Shown one piece after another: positions 17,229-25,140 of a stretch of DNA of 64,000 nt. This DNA comes from Candidatus Sulfotelmatobacter sp. (lineage in GTDB: Bacteria > Acidobacteriota > Terriglobia > Terriglobales > Acidobacteriaceae). The stretch is taken from contig JADGNQ010000013.1 in the NCBI GenBank assembly GCA_017883385.1, forward strand, positions 6,083 to 70,082, read 5' to 3'. The number at the start of each line of letters is the position of its first letter. The first letter of the stretch is position 1. Both the position numbers and the translations under genes were made by a program. A model generated the notes under the pieces. It did no database searches. It was given only the letters and a program-made list of their open reading frames with translations, and was not told where the DNA came from.

Positions 17229-17969
17229 ATGAAACGCATTGCATACAGTGGAATCGGACTCGTGCTGTCACTCGGCCTGCTCGGCCTTCCGGCCGGCGCG
17301 CAGGACCAGACTCCGTCGAACTCTCAAAGCTCAGACTCCGGTTCCTCGCTGGGCGACTATGCCCGGCAAGTCCGCAAGGACCCCGGAGCCAAGCCCAAGC
17401 AGAAGGTATTCGACAATGACAATCTGCCCACCAATGAAAAGCTCTCGATCGTAGGCCCGGCGGCGGTAGCGACCACGGCCCCCGACGCGTCCACCGAGGC
17501 CAAGCCCGCGGAACAGACGGCTGCCCCCGCGGCCGCGAGCGAAACCACCACTAAAAAGCCTGGAGAAATCAGGGCTCCGGGAGACACCAAACCCGCCGGA
17601 GAGGTCAAGCCTCCTTCGGACAAGCCTGCCCCCGAGGCAAAGGCCAAGACTGCTGAGGAAGACGAAGCCACCAAGCAGGCCGCGTGGAAGCAGTGGGCAG
17701 ACAAACTCGCCTCTCAGAAAGAGCAGATCGATCTGCTGGCTCGCGAGCTCGACGTGCTACAGCGCGAGTACCAGATTCGCGCCGCTGCCATGTATGCCGA
17801 TGCCGGCAACCGTATGCGCAACTCCGGCGACTGGGACAAGCAGGATACTCAGTACAAGCAGCAAATCGCCGACAAGCAGAAGGCTCTGGACGATGCCAAG
17901 CAGAAGCTCGAAGACATCCAGGAAGACTCGCGGAAAGCCGGCGTTCCTGCATCGGTGCGCGAGCCGTAA
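17229..17969 (+). CDS. Secreted coiled-coil protein of unknown function
   Basis: Start at ATG 17229, with AAGGTGGA upstream. The signal peptide ends PAGAQ. It has a low-complexity Ala/Pro/Lys-rich middle. The C-terminal part is heptad-like (QKEQIDLLARELDVLQREYQIRAAAMY...). Confidence 0.7.
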   Translation: MKRIAYSGIGLVLSLGLLGLPAGAQDQTPSNSQSSDSGSSLGDYARQVRKDPGAKPKQKVFDNDNLPTNEKLSIVGPAAVATTAPDASTEAKPAEQTAAPAAASETTTKKPGEIRAPGDTKPAGEVKPPSDKPAPEAKAKTAEEDEATKQAAWKQWADKLASQKEQIDLLARELDVLQREYQIRAAAMYADAGNRMRNSGDWDKQDTQYKQQIADKQKALDDAKQKLEDIQEDSRKAGVPASVREP

Positions 17970-17992
17970 AGACACTGACGGCTGCAAGAACT

Positions 17993-18019
17993 CGAGCGCC
18001 GGAGCAAAGCTCCGGCGCT
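17993..18019 (+). terminator. Strong hairpin terminator candidate
   Basis: GAGCGCCGGAGC-AAA-GCTCCGGCGCTC, a perfect 12-bp stem, followed by AATTCATTTC. It lies between convergent genes (17969 on + and 18163 on -). Confidence 0.65.
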
Positions 18020-18162
18020 CAATTCATTTCAGCTCATGTGGCGACAGCCGCCCCGGCTGTCCCGGCAGGGGCGAAGCCCCGCCGGAATCGAGCAAGACAG
18101 CCACGGCGCTTGAAAACCCACCATTGCCAAACGAACATGGAAGTCCATCGCTGACTCTAGCT

Positions 18163-18669
18163 TCACCCTTGGCCCTCTCGCAGGCGGCGAAGCTGTTTTA
18201 CATGATGCAGCCCGTGCACGAGGTGAAACTTCCTCCATTGCGCGCCGGTGAGCGGCCCCAGAATCGGATGGTCCAGCAATCTTCTTCCCGCCCCAAGTGT
18301 TTCTTCGCACCGCCGAATGAGGTCATCCATCTCGGATATCTTCGGGCCAATCCCGGCCAGCACCTGCTCCGGGGGCACTCCGCGCGGACGAGCGATTGGC
18401 GGTGCTTCCCTCCCCGATGGCAAGTAGCCGAAGCCCACGACGACCAACGTTCGCCCCCGCTGCAACCAGGTGGAGGCCGTGGCCAGTGATTTCCCCGCTT
18501 CGGCCACCCGCTCAAATCCTTTTACCGTTCCCGTATACGTCAAGTACAGGTGCTCCAGCACCTCAGCGGCACACCACTTTCCCGGCGGGTGCCAGCTCAA
18601 CTGCTCCGCCGTCAGTCCCGCAACCGCCGACGCGATCTCCTGCTGCAGTTCTTGGAGATTGGGGTCCAC
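18163..18669 (-). CDS. DinB-superfamily / DUF1569-like four-helix-bundle protein
   Basis: 168 aa. The N-terminal AEVLEHL and the C-terminal HPILGPLTGAQWRKFHLVHGLHHVKQL give the His pattern typical of DinB_2/DUF1569. GTG start with AAAGGTGAG upstream. Confidence 0.65.
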   Translation of the reverse strand: MDPNLQELQQEIASAVAGLTAEQLSWHPPGKWCAAEVLEHLYLTYTGTVKGFERVAEAGKSLATASTWLQRGRTLVVVGFGYLPSGREAPPIARPRGVPPEQVLAGIGPKISEMDDLIRRCEETLGAGRRLLDHPILGPLTGAQWRKFHLVHGLHHVKQLRRLREGQG

Positions 18670-18752
18670 GAGTGGTACTCACCTTTTCCGCCGCTTCGGT
18701 TAGAATGTTGCGCGGCAATAAAACTCAACAAAGTTATAACAGGAAGGGTGCC

Positions 18753-19484
18753 ATGAAGACGGCCAGCCTCGTCCATTCAAAGCCCGCCGCTACCTCGGCG
18801 AAGATGTCGAGCAATTTCTTTTCACGCAGTGGGGAAAGAGTAGCAGTCCTGCCCCGAACGATATGCGCTGGAACCGGCGCCATTATCGTGCTGCTGTTGC
18901 TGCTCACCGGATGCTCTTCCGAGTCCAGCAAGCCCGCCGAGACGGCGAAGCCCGAGGTTAAGGGTCCCGAACTCATTACCGCACGTTCCGCCTTCCAGAA
19001 GGTCTACGTGGCTGCGCGCGGCTGGAACCAGGACGCAAGGCCTTACCGGATCGAGTCCACCGTCACCACCGATGGCAATGGCCAGGACGGTAAGTGGGCG
19101 GTGTGGCGCGGCAGCTTCGCCTCCCCCGCACAGCGTTCCGTAAAGGCTTACACGTGGTCGGGCAGCGCCGCCGACGGCGCACCGCCGCGCGGCGTCAATC
19201 CTGGCATCGAGGACAGTTACAGCGCCACAAATTCCTCGACGCAGGTCTTTGATATGGCCTTCCTCAAGATCGACTCGGACCAAGCTTTCGCCACGGCACA
19301 AAAGCACGGCGGGGACAAGATTTTGGAGAAGGAGCCCAACACCCCTGTGTTCTACGTTTGCGACTGGAACCACAACACCAACGAACTGATCTGGCATGTC
19401 ATCTATGGCTCCGCGCGCGATGCGGCTAAGCTGACGGTCGCCGTCAACGCCTCCACGGGCGAGTTCGTGCGGGTGGAGAAGTAG
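18753..19484 (+). CDS. Hypothetical lipoprotein
   Basis: Start at ATG 18753 (AGGAAGGG upstream). It has the TM/lipobox LLLLLTGC. The rest of track ORF 18396.. is antisense to the DinB-like gene and is implausible. Confidence 0.65.
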   Translation: MKTASLVHSKPAATSAKMSSNFFSRSGERVAVLPRTICAGTGAIIVLLLLLTGCSSESSKPAETAKPEVKGPELITARSAFQKVYVAARGWNQDARPYRIESTVTTDGNGQDGKWAVWRGSFASPAQRSVKAYTWSGSAADGAPPRGVNPGIEDSYSATNSSTQVFDMAFLKIDSDQAFATAQKHGGDKILEKEPNTPVFYVCDWNHNTNELIWHVIYGSARDAAKLTVAVNASTGEFVRVEK

Positions 19485-19545
19485 GTCTGCTTTCCGGCTC
19501 TTGCCCCTGAGTTGCCGCCGGAGAGACCAAGGGCGGGAGCGTGCT

Positions 19546-19803
19546 TTACCTTCGTCCGTTGTTGCTGTCTTCCTGGTGCTGGATCTGGGCCTCGATTTGC
19601 GAGAAGAAGCGGTGCAGAGTCTCGGCTGAAGCGATCGCGCGCTTCAGGGTCTGCCGCTCACCGAAAGCGACTATATCTTGCGGAGAGTACTGGAGCCGAA
19701 CCCGGTCGGCGGCGCATTGCGCGCTCAACAACTCCACCGCGCAGTCGGCGAGATCGGCCTTCAGGTGGATGACATCAATCTGTTTCCTGGGGGCGGGTAC
19801 CAT
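19546..19803 (-). CDS. Hypothetical small protein (85 aa)
   Basis: AGGAG lies 6 nt upstream of the ATG, and third-position GC looks coding-like. It is divergent from the TetR gene. I recognise no family. Confidence 0.5.
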   Translation of the reverse strand: MVPAPRKQIDVIHLKADLADCAVELLSAQCAADRVRLQYSPQDIVAFGERQTLKRAIASAETLHRFFSQIEAQIQHQEDSNNGRR

Positions 19804-19991
19804 CTACGGCTCCTGGATCGTTCGCGTATGCACGCAGGCGGGTCCCGGGATCCGTTTGGGGAGGACTGCCACGATTGCGGGTCCGGCGGAACCCAACCTG
19901 CGAGGTCGTCAGTTGTTGCTGGTGTACATATAAGTATACGGTGTTAGTTATACGCCGTGCAAGTAAACTACTCTCTTGTTCTGGAGGCGAA

Positions 19992-20663
19992 GTGCCCCGG
20001 CATCCCGACCCTGATCTGGAACAGCGCATCCTCGAAGCGGCCTCGCGGCTGTGGGCCCGCGGCGGCGAAAAATCGCTCACCATGCGTGCCGTAGCCAAGG
20101 CGGCCGGTACCACCACGCCCACGGTCTACGAGCGCTACCGCGATCGCGACGACATTCTTCGCGCCCTGCGCCTGCAGACCCGAAGTGATCTTTTCGCCGC
20201 CCTTCGGCGCACCCGCACGCTGCGCGATTCCTTCGAGCAACACATTGAATTCGCTCTCAACCACAGCCATGCCTACGAAGTGCTCTTCGACGGGGTAGGC
20301 AAGCCTCCTTCCCTGCACGAGCCCTGGCCCTCTTTCAATCTCATGCGCGAACGGCTGGCGAAGCGTCTCGGCGGGACTCCCCGCGAACATACGCGACTCA
20401 TGCTCGCCCTGTGGTCGCTGATGCACGGCGCGGCCATGCTCATCATCCGCGGCCGTTTTGACGGGGTATTGCGCACCCAGGGCGTCCACGCGTGTCTGGA
20501 CGCCTTCGACGCCATCATCGACTCAGCGGCGCGATCGAAGGGTCTGGCCAACTCCGGTCCGCCGTGGCCTTCCAATCTGGTTCTCGGCGAGGGCAGGCAG
20601 AGCCGCGTGGGAGATGGAAATGGGAGCAAGAGCAAGCCGAAAGCTCGGAAGTCGCCCCGCTGA
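19992..20663 (+). CDS. TetR/AcrR family transcriptional regulator
   Basis: Start at GTG 19992 (GGAGG upstream). The HTH reads LTMRAVAKAAGTTTPTVYERYRDRDDIL. An AT-rich island at 19921-19970 upstream probably holds the promoter or operator. Confidence 0.8.
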   Translation: MPRHPDPDLEQRILEAASRLWARGGEKSLTMRAVAKAAGTTTPTVYERYRDRDDILRALRLQTRSDLFAALRRTRTLRDSFEQHIEFALNHSHAYEVLFDGVGKPPSLHEPWPSFNLMRERLAKRLGGTPREHTRLMLALWSLMHGAAMLIIRGRFDGVLRTQGVHACLDAFDAIIDSAARSKGLANSGPPWPSNLVLGEGRQSRVGDGNGSKSKPKARKSPR

Positions 20664-20714
20664 TCGATTTCCAGCCCGCGAGTGACTGCGGCCATTGCAG
20701 TGGCTGCGCCTAGC

Positions 20715-21380
20715 TCACTTCGCGGCCTTTGCGGAGGGACGCTTCAACCGGTCGATCGCCTTGTTTGCCTCTTCCGACTGCGGTCCGTGGGGCAGGATCT
20801 TCAAATAGCTTTCGTATTCTTTCCGCGCTTCATCTGGTTGGTCCATTTTCTCCAGGCACACAGCCAGGCGGAAAGTGGCGATTGCGTCGTTGTCTTTGTA
20901 CAGGAGCGCTTCGCGATAGCGATCCTGGGCGGCGCGATAGTTCTTACGCTTGAAGTAGAAGTCGCCCACCTCAACGTCCTTCGCCGCCTTGTGAGGATTC
21001 CAGGGGTGAAACTCGGTCGTCTCGCTGCTACCAGACGTCCCCGCCTCGTCCATGAGTATCTCCGAACTCTGCGGATGCACTTTGGCATCGTCCGCTGGCG
21101 GGCTCAAATCTACCTGCGTGTCTTTGCTGGAACTCTCCCCGGGTTCGTCGCCCAAGTCATCGGCGTTTACGCGATCTGACCGCGGCGGTGTGAGGTTCGG
21201 CGAGCGCGGCTTGACGGGCTTGTCGGCAGCGGACGAGCCGGAATCCGGCGTTTGCGAACCCGACGGCGAAGCACTGGGGGGACCGGAAGAAGCAGGACCG
21301 GCAGAAGCAGGACTGGACGAGGTCTGGGCCCACACTCCCACGCTTGAGCCGAGCAGCAAAACGAAAAGCAAGCCACGCAT
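20715..21380 (-). CDS. Secreted tetratricopeptide-repeat protein
   Basis: Signal peptide MRGLLFVLLLGSSVGVWAQ and a Ser/Pro-rich low-complexity region. The C-terminal TPR-like helices read GDFYFKRKNYRAAQDRYREALLYKDNDAIATFRLAVCLEKMDQPDEARKEYESYLKI. Confidence 0.75.
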   Translation of the reverse strand: MRGLLFVLLLGSSVGVWAQTSSSPASAGPASSGPPSASPSGSQTPDSGSSAADKPVKPRSPNLTPPRSDRVNADDLGDEPGESSSKDTQVDLSPPADDAKVHPQSSEILMDEAGTSGSSETTEFHPWNPHKAAKDVEVGDFYFKRKNYRAAQDRYREALLYKDNDAIATFRLAVCLEKMDQPDEARKEYESYLKILPHGPQSEEANKAIDRLKRPSAKAAK

Positions 21381-21389
21381 AGACTTATT

Positions 21390-22253
21390 CTACCTTCCTC
21401 CGTGTGCCGCGCGGAATGCCTGCAAGCATTTACGCGCGGTCTCCAGTTCGGAGAACTGGCTTCCCTCCTGCTCAACGAGGTAATACTCGACTCCGCCGAC
21501 GCTCTCCGCCGCCTGGAAGATGCCCTTCCAATCCGCCTTACCTTCGCCAAACAGAACCTTGTAGCCTTTGTCCGGGTCAGAGGACCATTCCTTGCAATGG
21601 ATGGACCGGATGCGCCCCGGGTTGCCTCGAATCCACGCCACTGGGTCGGAGCCGGCTTCGAGGCATGTCCCGACATCCAATTGCAACATCACTGTCGGCT
21701 TCGTTTTCTTGGCCAGAATTTCGATGGGGCGCTGCCCGCTCACCGGCGCCCATTCAGCCTGATGATTGTGATACCCAACCTTGAGTCCAGCCGGCTCCAG
21801 TTTCTCCGCCGCGGCATTCAGTTCATCTGCCACGGCCTGCCAGCCGTCAAGGCCTTTGCCCGGCTCCGTCCACGCCATCACAACATACTTGCTCCCCAGA
21901 ATCAGATTCAAGTCGCGGGCATGTTCGATGTTCTTTGTGCTGAAGTAATCCTCGTTGTTGTGCGTCGAGTAGCAGCGGATGCCTAGCTCGTCCAGCACCT
22001 TCCGCATCTGCTTGGCCTGCGCTTCCGTCCACTCGAAGTAGGGCGCATAGAACTCCACCGCCTCGTATCCCATCTGAGCCACCGCCCATACCGTGCCCTC
22101 GGGATCTTTCTTTAGCGCCTCGCGCACCGAGTAGAGTTCCAGCCCCACGGGAATCGTGCCGGATGACGCAGAGAATGCCAAACTGCGGAGCGCCCAGGGC
22201 AACATGGCGGACATGGCAAGAAAGGAACGGCGGGAGAACGGTATCGAAGTCAT
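21390..22253 (-). CDS. Sugar phosphate isomerase/epimerase (xylose isomerase-like TIM barrel) with a Tat-type signal
   Basis: The N-terminal SRRSFL twin-arginine motif is present. AP_endonuc_2-like segments include GYEAVEF, GLKVGYHNH and QLDVG. Confidence 0.75.
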   Translation of the reverse strand: MTSIPFSRRSFLAMSAMLPWALRSLAFSASSGTIPVGLELYSVREALKKDPEGTVWAVAQMGYEAVEFYAPYFEWTEAQAKQMRKVLDELGIRCYSTHNNEDYFSTKNIEHARDLNLILGSKYVVMAWTEPGKGLDGWQAVADELNAAAEKLEPAGLKVGYHNHQAEWAPVSGQRPIEILAKKTKPTVMLQLDVGTCLEAGSDPVAWIRGNPGRIRSIHCKEWSSDPDKGYKVLFGEGKADWKGIFQAAESVGGVEYYLVEQEGSQFSELETARKCLQAFRAAHGGR

Positions 22254-22425
22254 GCCAGAATCCTACTAGCCCGCGCGACTCTGAGAAAGTAATTCTCTCG
22301 TCGCCTGCCCCATGTGGCACGGTCAATTCCCACTGCCCGAGCCGCGGGTCACTCCCGCGTGACGTTCGTGTTTGCGATGTCAGCGGAATGCTTGATAATG
22401 GCCTGATCGTCCAGGCACCTGGCCC

Positions 22426-23217
22426 ATGAAGAAAAGTCCCCGAAAAGATCGCAGCCGCAAGGGAAAGCCGGATCGGGCTTCGGCGCGCCAGACGTCGGCC
22501 CGCGAAGACCGGCGCCGGCCTCGTTTCTCCCGCGAGCTTTCCGTGCTTTACGAAGACGACGCCGTCGTCGTTCTCGACAAACCGGCCGGACTTCTGGCTG
22601 TCCCGGTTAAGGGCTCCGATAGTCCGTCTGCACTGTCTCTGCTTATCGCGAAACTTAGCCCGAGAAGACAACGAGCCTTGATCGTGCATCGCATCGATCG
22701 TTTTTCCTCCGGGGCTCTGCTGTTTGCCAAGACCGATCCAGATCGAAATGCGCTAGTGCGGCAGTTCCTCGCCCACACTCCGGTAAGGCAGTACCTTGCG
22801 GTTGTGCGCGGCCGTCTTGGCCCCCAGTCAGGAACGCTCGTACACCACTTTCGACGAGAAGGAATGTTCCAAAGACTGCGCCCCGCGAAAGACCCCCGGG
22901 CAGCCCGTGCCGAACTGCGATATTCCGTCGAACGCCTTTTTGCGGACGCTTCGCTCGTTCGAGTTGAGCTGGTTACGGGATTACAGAATCAGATCCGAGC
23001 CCAATTCTCGGCGATGGGCCATCCGGTTATTGGCGATAGAAAGTACCATCGCGCGGAATCATCCGAGCCCCTGATTGCTCGCGTTGCACTTCACGCCGCG
23101 CGTCTTCAGTTTGCCCATCCGCGCTCGGGAAAGAGCGTCTCGATTGACTGCAAACTGCCTCCCGACTTTCAAAACTTGATTCGGGAATTGTCGCGATCCA
23201 ACCGTGCACGCCGGTGA
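22426..23217 (+). CDS. RluA-family pseudouridine synthase
   Basis: VLDKPAGLLAVP and the catalytic-Asp motif HRIDRFSSGALLFAKT are present. There is a basic N-terminal extension. Confidence 0.85.
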   Translation: MKKSPRKDRSRKGKPDRASARQTSAREDRRRPRFSRELSVLYEDDAVVVLDKPAGLLAVPVKGSDSPSALSLLIAKLSPRRQRALIVHRIDRFSSGALLFAKTDPDRNALVRQFLAHTPVRQYLAVVRGRLGPQSGTLVHHFRREGMFQRLRPAKDPRAARAELRYSVERLFADASLVRVELVTGLQNQIRAQFSAMGHPVIGDRKYHRAESSEPLIARVALHAARLQFAHPRSGKSVSIDCKLPPDFQNLIRELSRSNRARR

Positions 23218-23242
23218 GTTGTGGGATCCGCCTGCTTAGAGC

Positions 23243-23283
23243 AAAAAAAGCAGGCCGCTCAGGGGGAGGCATCGAGCGGCCTG
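23243..23283 (-). terminator. Intrinsic terminator (bidirectional context, strongest on the minus strand)
   Basis: CAGGCCGCTC (23251-60) pairs with GAGCGGCCTG (23274-83), a 10-bp perfect stem. On the minus strand it is followed by a T7 run (A7 at 23243-49). It lies between the convergent rluA-like and ompA-like genes. Confidence 0.8.
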
Positions 23284-23325
23284 TTTGGCGAAGTCCTCCG
23301 GGGAGGAGGGTAAACTTTTTCGTTC

Positions 23326-24066
23326 TTACATGGACGACGGATTGTTCTGTCCAGTGGTCGTCGGGGTCGAAGACGGCGTGGTGTCGCCCACCGTATTCGT
23401 CATCAACCGCACATCGACGCGGCGGTTATCGGCGCGGCCTGTGGAAGTCTTGTTCGTTTCCACCGGCTTGTCCTTGCCCAGCCCAATCACATAGATCTTG
23501 TGGGCGGGTACGTTGTGCTTCGAGGCCAGGTACTGAATCACAGAGTTGGCGCGACGCTGGCTGAGATCGTAGTTGTAGTCGGCCGATCCCACCGAATCCG
23601 TTCCGCCCTCCAACGCGACGATGTATCCCTTGGTCGACGCGATGCTGGCCGCAAGCTGATCCAGAGCTTCCTGGGACTTCGAGGTCAGGTTGTCTTTATT
23701 GAAACCAAACTTTACCGAGGTCTCAGCGACGGCGCGATAGTTGTCGAGATTCGCCACCGTGTTGGTTAGTACGCCCACGCGACTATTGGCGGCGTCGGCC
23801 ATTTGCTGCGCCGTGGCGGCGTTTTGACCGGCGGTCTGCGCCTTCTGCTCGACTTCAGCAGTCTTGGTGTTCACGGCCGTGATGCCGGCTTGGGCTCGGG
23901 CGTCGACGTCCTTAATGTCCTTGCTGTTTTTCGCGGTCAGGTCGTCGAGTTCGTTGGTCTTGTTGATCAGCGGCGTGGTCTGCTGCTTCACGTAGTTCTT
24001 GCTGGAACAACCAACGGTGGCCACCATGCTGGCTGCCAGGCAAATCACTAACGAAGTGCGGTTCAT
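23326..24066 (-). CDS. OmpA-family lipoprotein (N-terminal coiled region, C-terminal OmpA_C peptidoglycan-binding domain)
   Basis: AAGGAG Shine-Dalgarno and lipobox ATVGC. The C-terminal part reads TDSVGSADYNYDLSQRRANSVIQYL...NRRVDVRL. Confidence 0.85.
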   Translation of the reverse strand: MNRTSLVICLAASMVATVGCSSKNYVKQQTTPLINKTNELDDLTAKNSKDIKDVDARAQAGITAVNTKTAEVEQKAQTAGQNAATAQQMADAANSRVGVLTNTVANLDNYRAVAETSVKFGFNKDNLTSKSQEALDQLAASIASTKGYIVALEGGTDSVGSADYNYDLSQRRANSVIQYLASKHNVPAHKIYVIGLGKDKPVETNKTSTGRADNRRVDVRLMTNTVGDTTPSSTPTTTGQNNPSSM

Positions 24067-24141
24067 AGGATTGAGGCTCCTTAGTCTTTTTGGCGCTTTG
24101 CGGGCTGCCCCGCGCGCCGTACTTCCAAATCTTTATGCCCT

Positions 24142-24219
24142 GGGAATGACTAGTTTTACTTACAAGTTCCGTACCTAACTTTGCACGGGACATGCCAGTG
24201 TTCCGTACCGGGAATGACT
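24142..24219 (-). promoter_or_regulatory. Duplicated decamers upstream of the OmpA-family gene; possible ECF-type promoter
   Basis: GGGAATGACT occurs at 24142-51 and 24210-19. GTTCCGTACC occurs at 24166-75 and 24200-09. On the minus strand the proximal copy reads GGAACTT-N14-TCATT, which loosely resembles a sigmaE/ECF -35/-10 pair. The spacing is not ideal. Confidence 0.3.
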
Positions 24220-24357
24220 GATGTAAGTATATCCGTTTTCAATGGCTTGCGGAAACAATACCAGCGATCCAACCGCCGCACAGCCTCTGCCCCAACGCAA
24301 AGCCCACATGGGGAGTGGAAATTTTATACGGTAGGGTTCAGATCAGCTGCGCAAGAC

Positions 24358-24768
24358 TCAATTCCCTCGCGGCGGGCATATGAGGGGAATGGTCTCCCTT
24401 TTGTTTCGCCGATATACCCGGAAATCACTCTCGTCCACTGTAATAACCATGTGTCGAGGATTGAGCTCGCTCATGCGAATGATACACAGATCGGCCATGT
24501 CCGGCTTGTGATCGGCATAGCGCCGCGCAAGGTCCAGGAGTTGTGGAATGTGACGGGAGCAGTCGAACGCCACCCGCAACATCTCATCCTCCACCAAAGA
24601 CAACACATAGGAACTTGACCCTAGATGAAATGCCGCTTCCGCGAGAACGGCCTCGCAAGTCAGCAGGGGTTCCGTGATTCCCTTCGCGAGGTTGAGGGCC
24701 CACGAATGATGCTGGTCATTGAGTCGGGCAAAAGCCACGATGAAGCCCGTGTCTGCAATTGCCTTCAT
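24358..24768 (-). CDS. vapC: PIN-domain toxin VapC
   Basis: 136 aa. It has an N-terminal IADTGFIVA and the acidic residues spaced as in PIN domains. There is a 4-nt ATGA overlap with the upstream small gene. Confidence 0.8.
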   Translation of the reverse strand: MKAIADTGFIVAFARLNDQHHSWALNLAKGITEPLLTCEAVLAEAAFHLGSSSYVLSLVEDEMLRVAFDCSRHIPQLLDLARRYADHKPDMADLCIIRMSELNPRHMVITVDESDFRVYRRNKRETIPLICPPRGN

Positions 24769-25022
24769 GAGCGCGAGAATCCCTTTCGGGACGAAACATT
24801 CGGCGGGCCGCCTGTGATTGCGCCCGCATGGCGCAGGAATCGCTGCTTCCCTCCGTCGGACTGAGCCGCTTCAAGCTGCTGGCGAATAATTCGGCCGACG
24901 GGCACGCCGGTGCGGCGTGATCTTTCTCTCAGCCATGCGAGGAGTTCCTCTGTAAGACGTATTGTGAGTGTATGACTCATGCTGCACAATTGTAACACAT
25001 TTCGCCGGATGGCTCGTCCCAT
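24765..25022 (-). CDS. vapB: Ribbon-helix-helix antitoxin VapB-like
   Basis: LTIRLTEELLAWLRERSRRTG is an RHH/CopG-like beta-strand plus helix. The likely true start is ATG 24980 (MSHTLTIRL). Confidence 0.7.
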   Translation of the reverse strand: MGRAIRRNVLQLCSMSHTLTIRLTEELLAWLRERSRRTGVPVGRIIRQQLEAAQSDGGKQRFLRHAGAITGGPPNVSSRKGFSRS

Positions 25023-25140
25023 TTGGACCGCGACCTTCTTCGCGGCCTTCCCCTGCGACCCTAACGGCTAAGACCTCCTACATGCGCAGTCATAGCGGAG
25101 AATGCCGAGAGAGAACGTAAAATAGAACCCTGACCCGGCG

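Noticed and set aside
25113-25128. A GAAC-N8-GAAC direct repeat 13 nt upstream of the uvrC ATG. It recalls the GTTC-N7-GTTC LexA box reported for Alphaproteobacteria and Acidobacterium capsulatum.
   Set aside because: The spacing is 8 nt, not 7. uvrC is not a typical SOS gene. The dinB upstream region (58735-58908), where a LexA box would be expected, shows no such repeat. I treat it as coincidence unless a genome-wide scan says otherwise.
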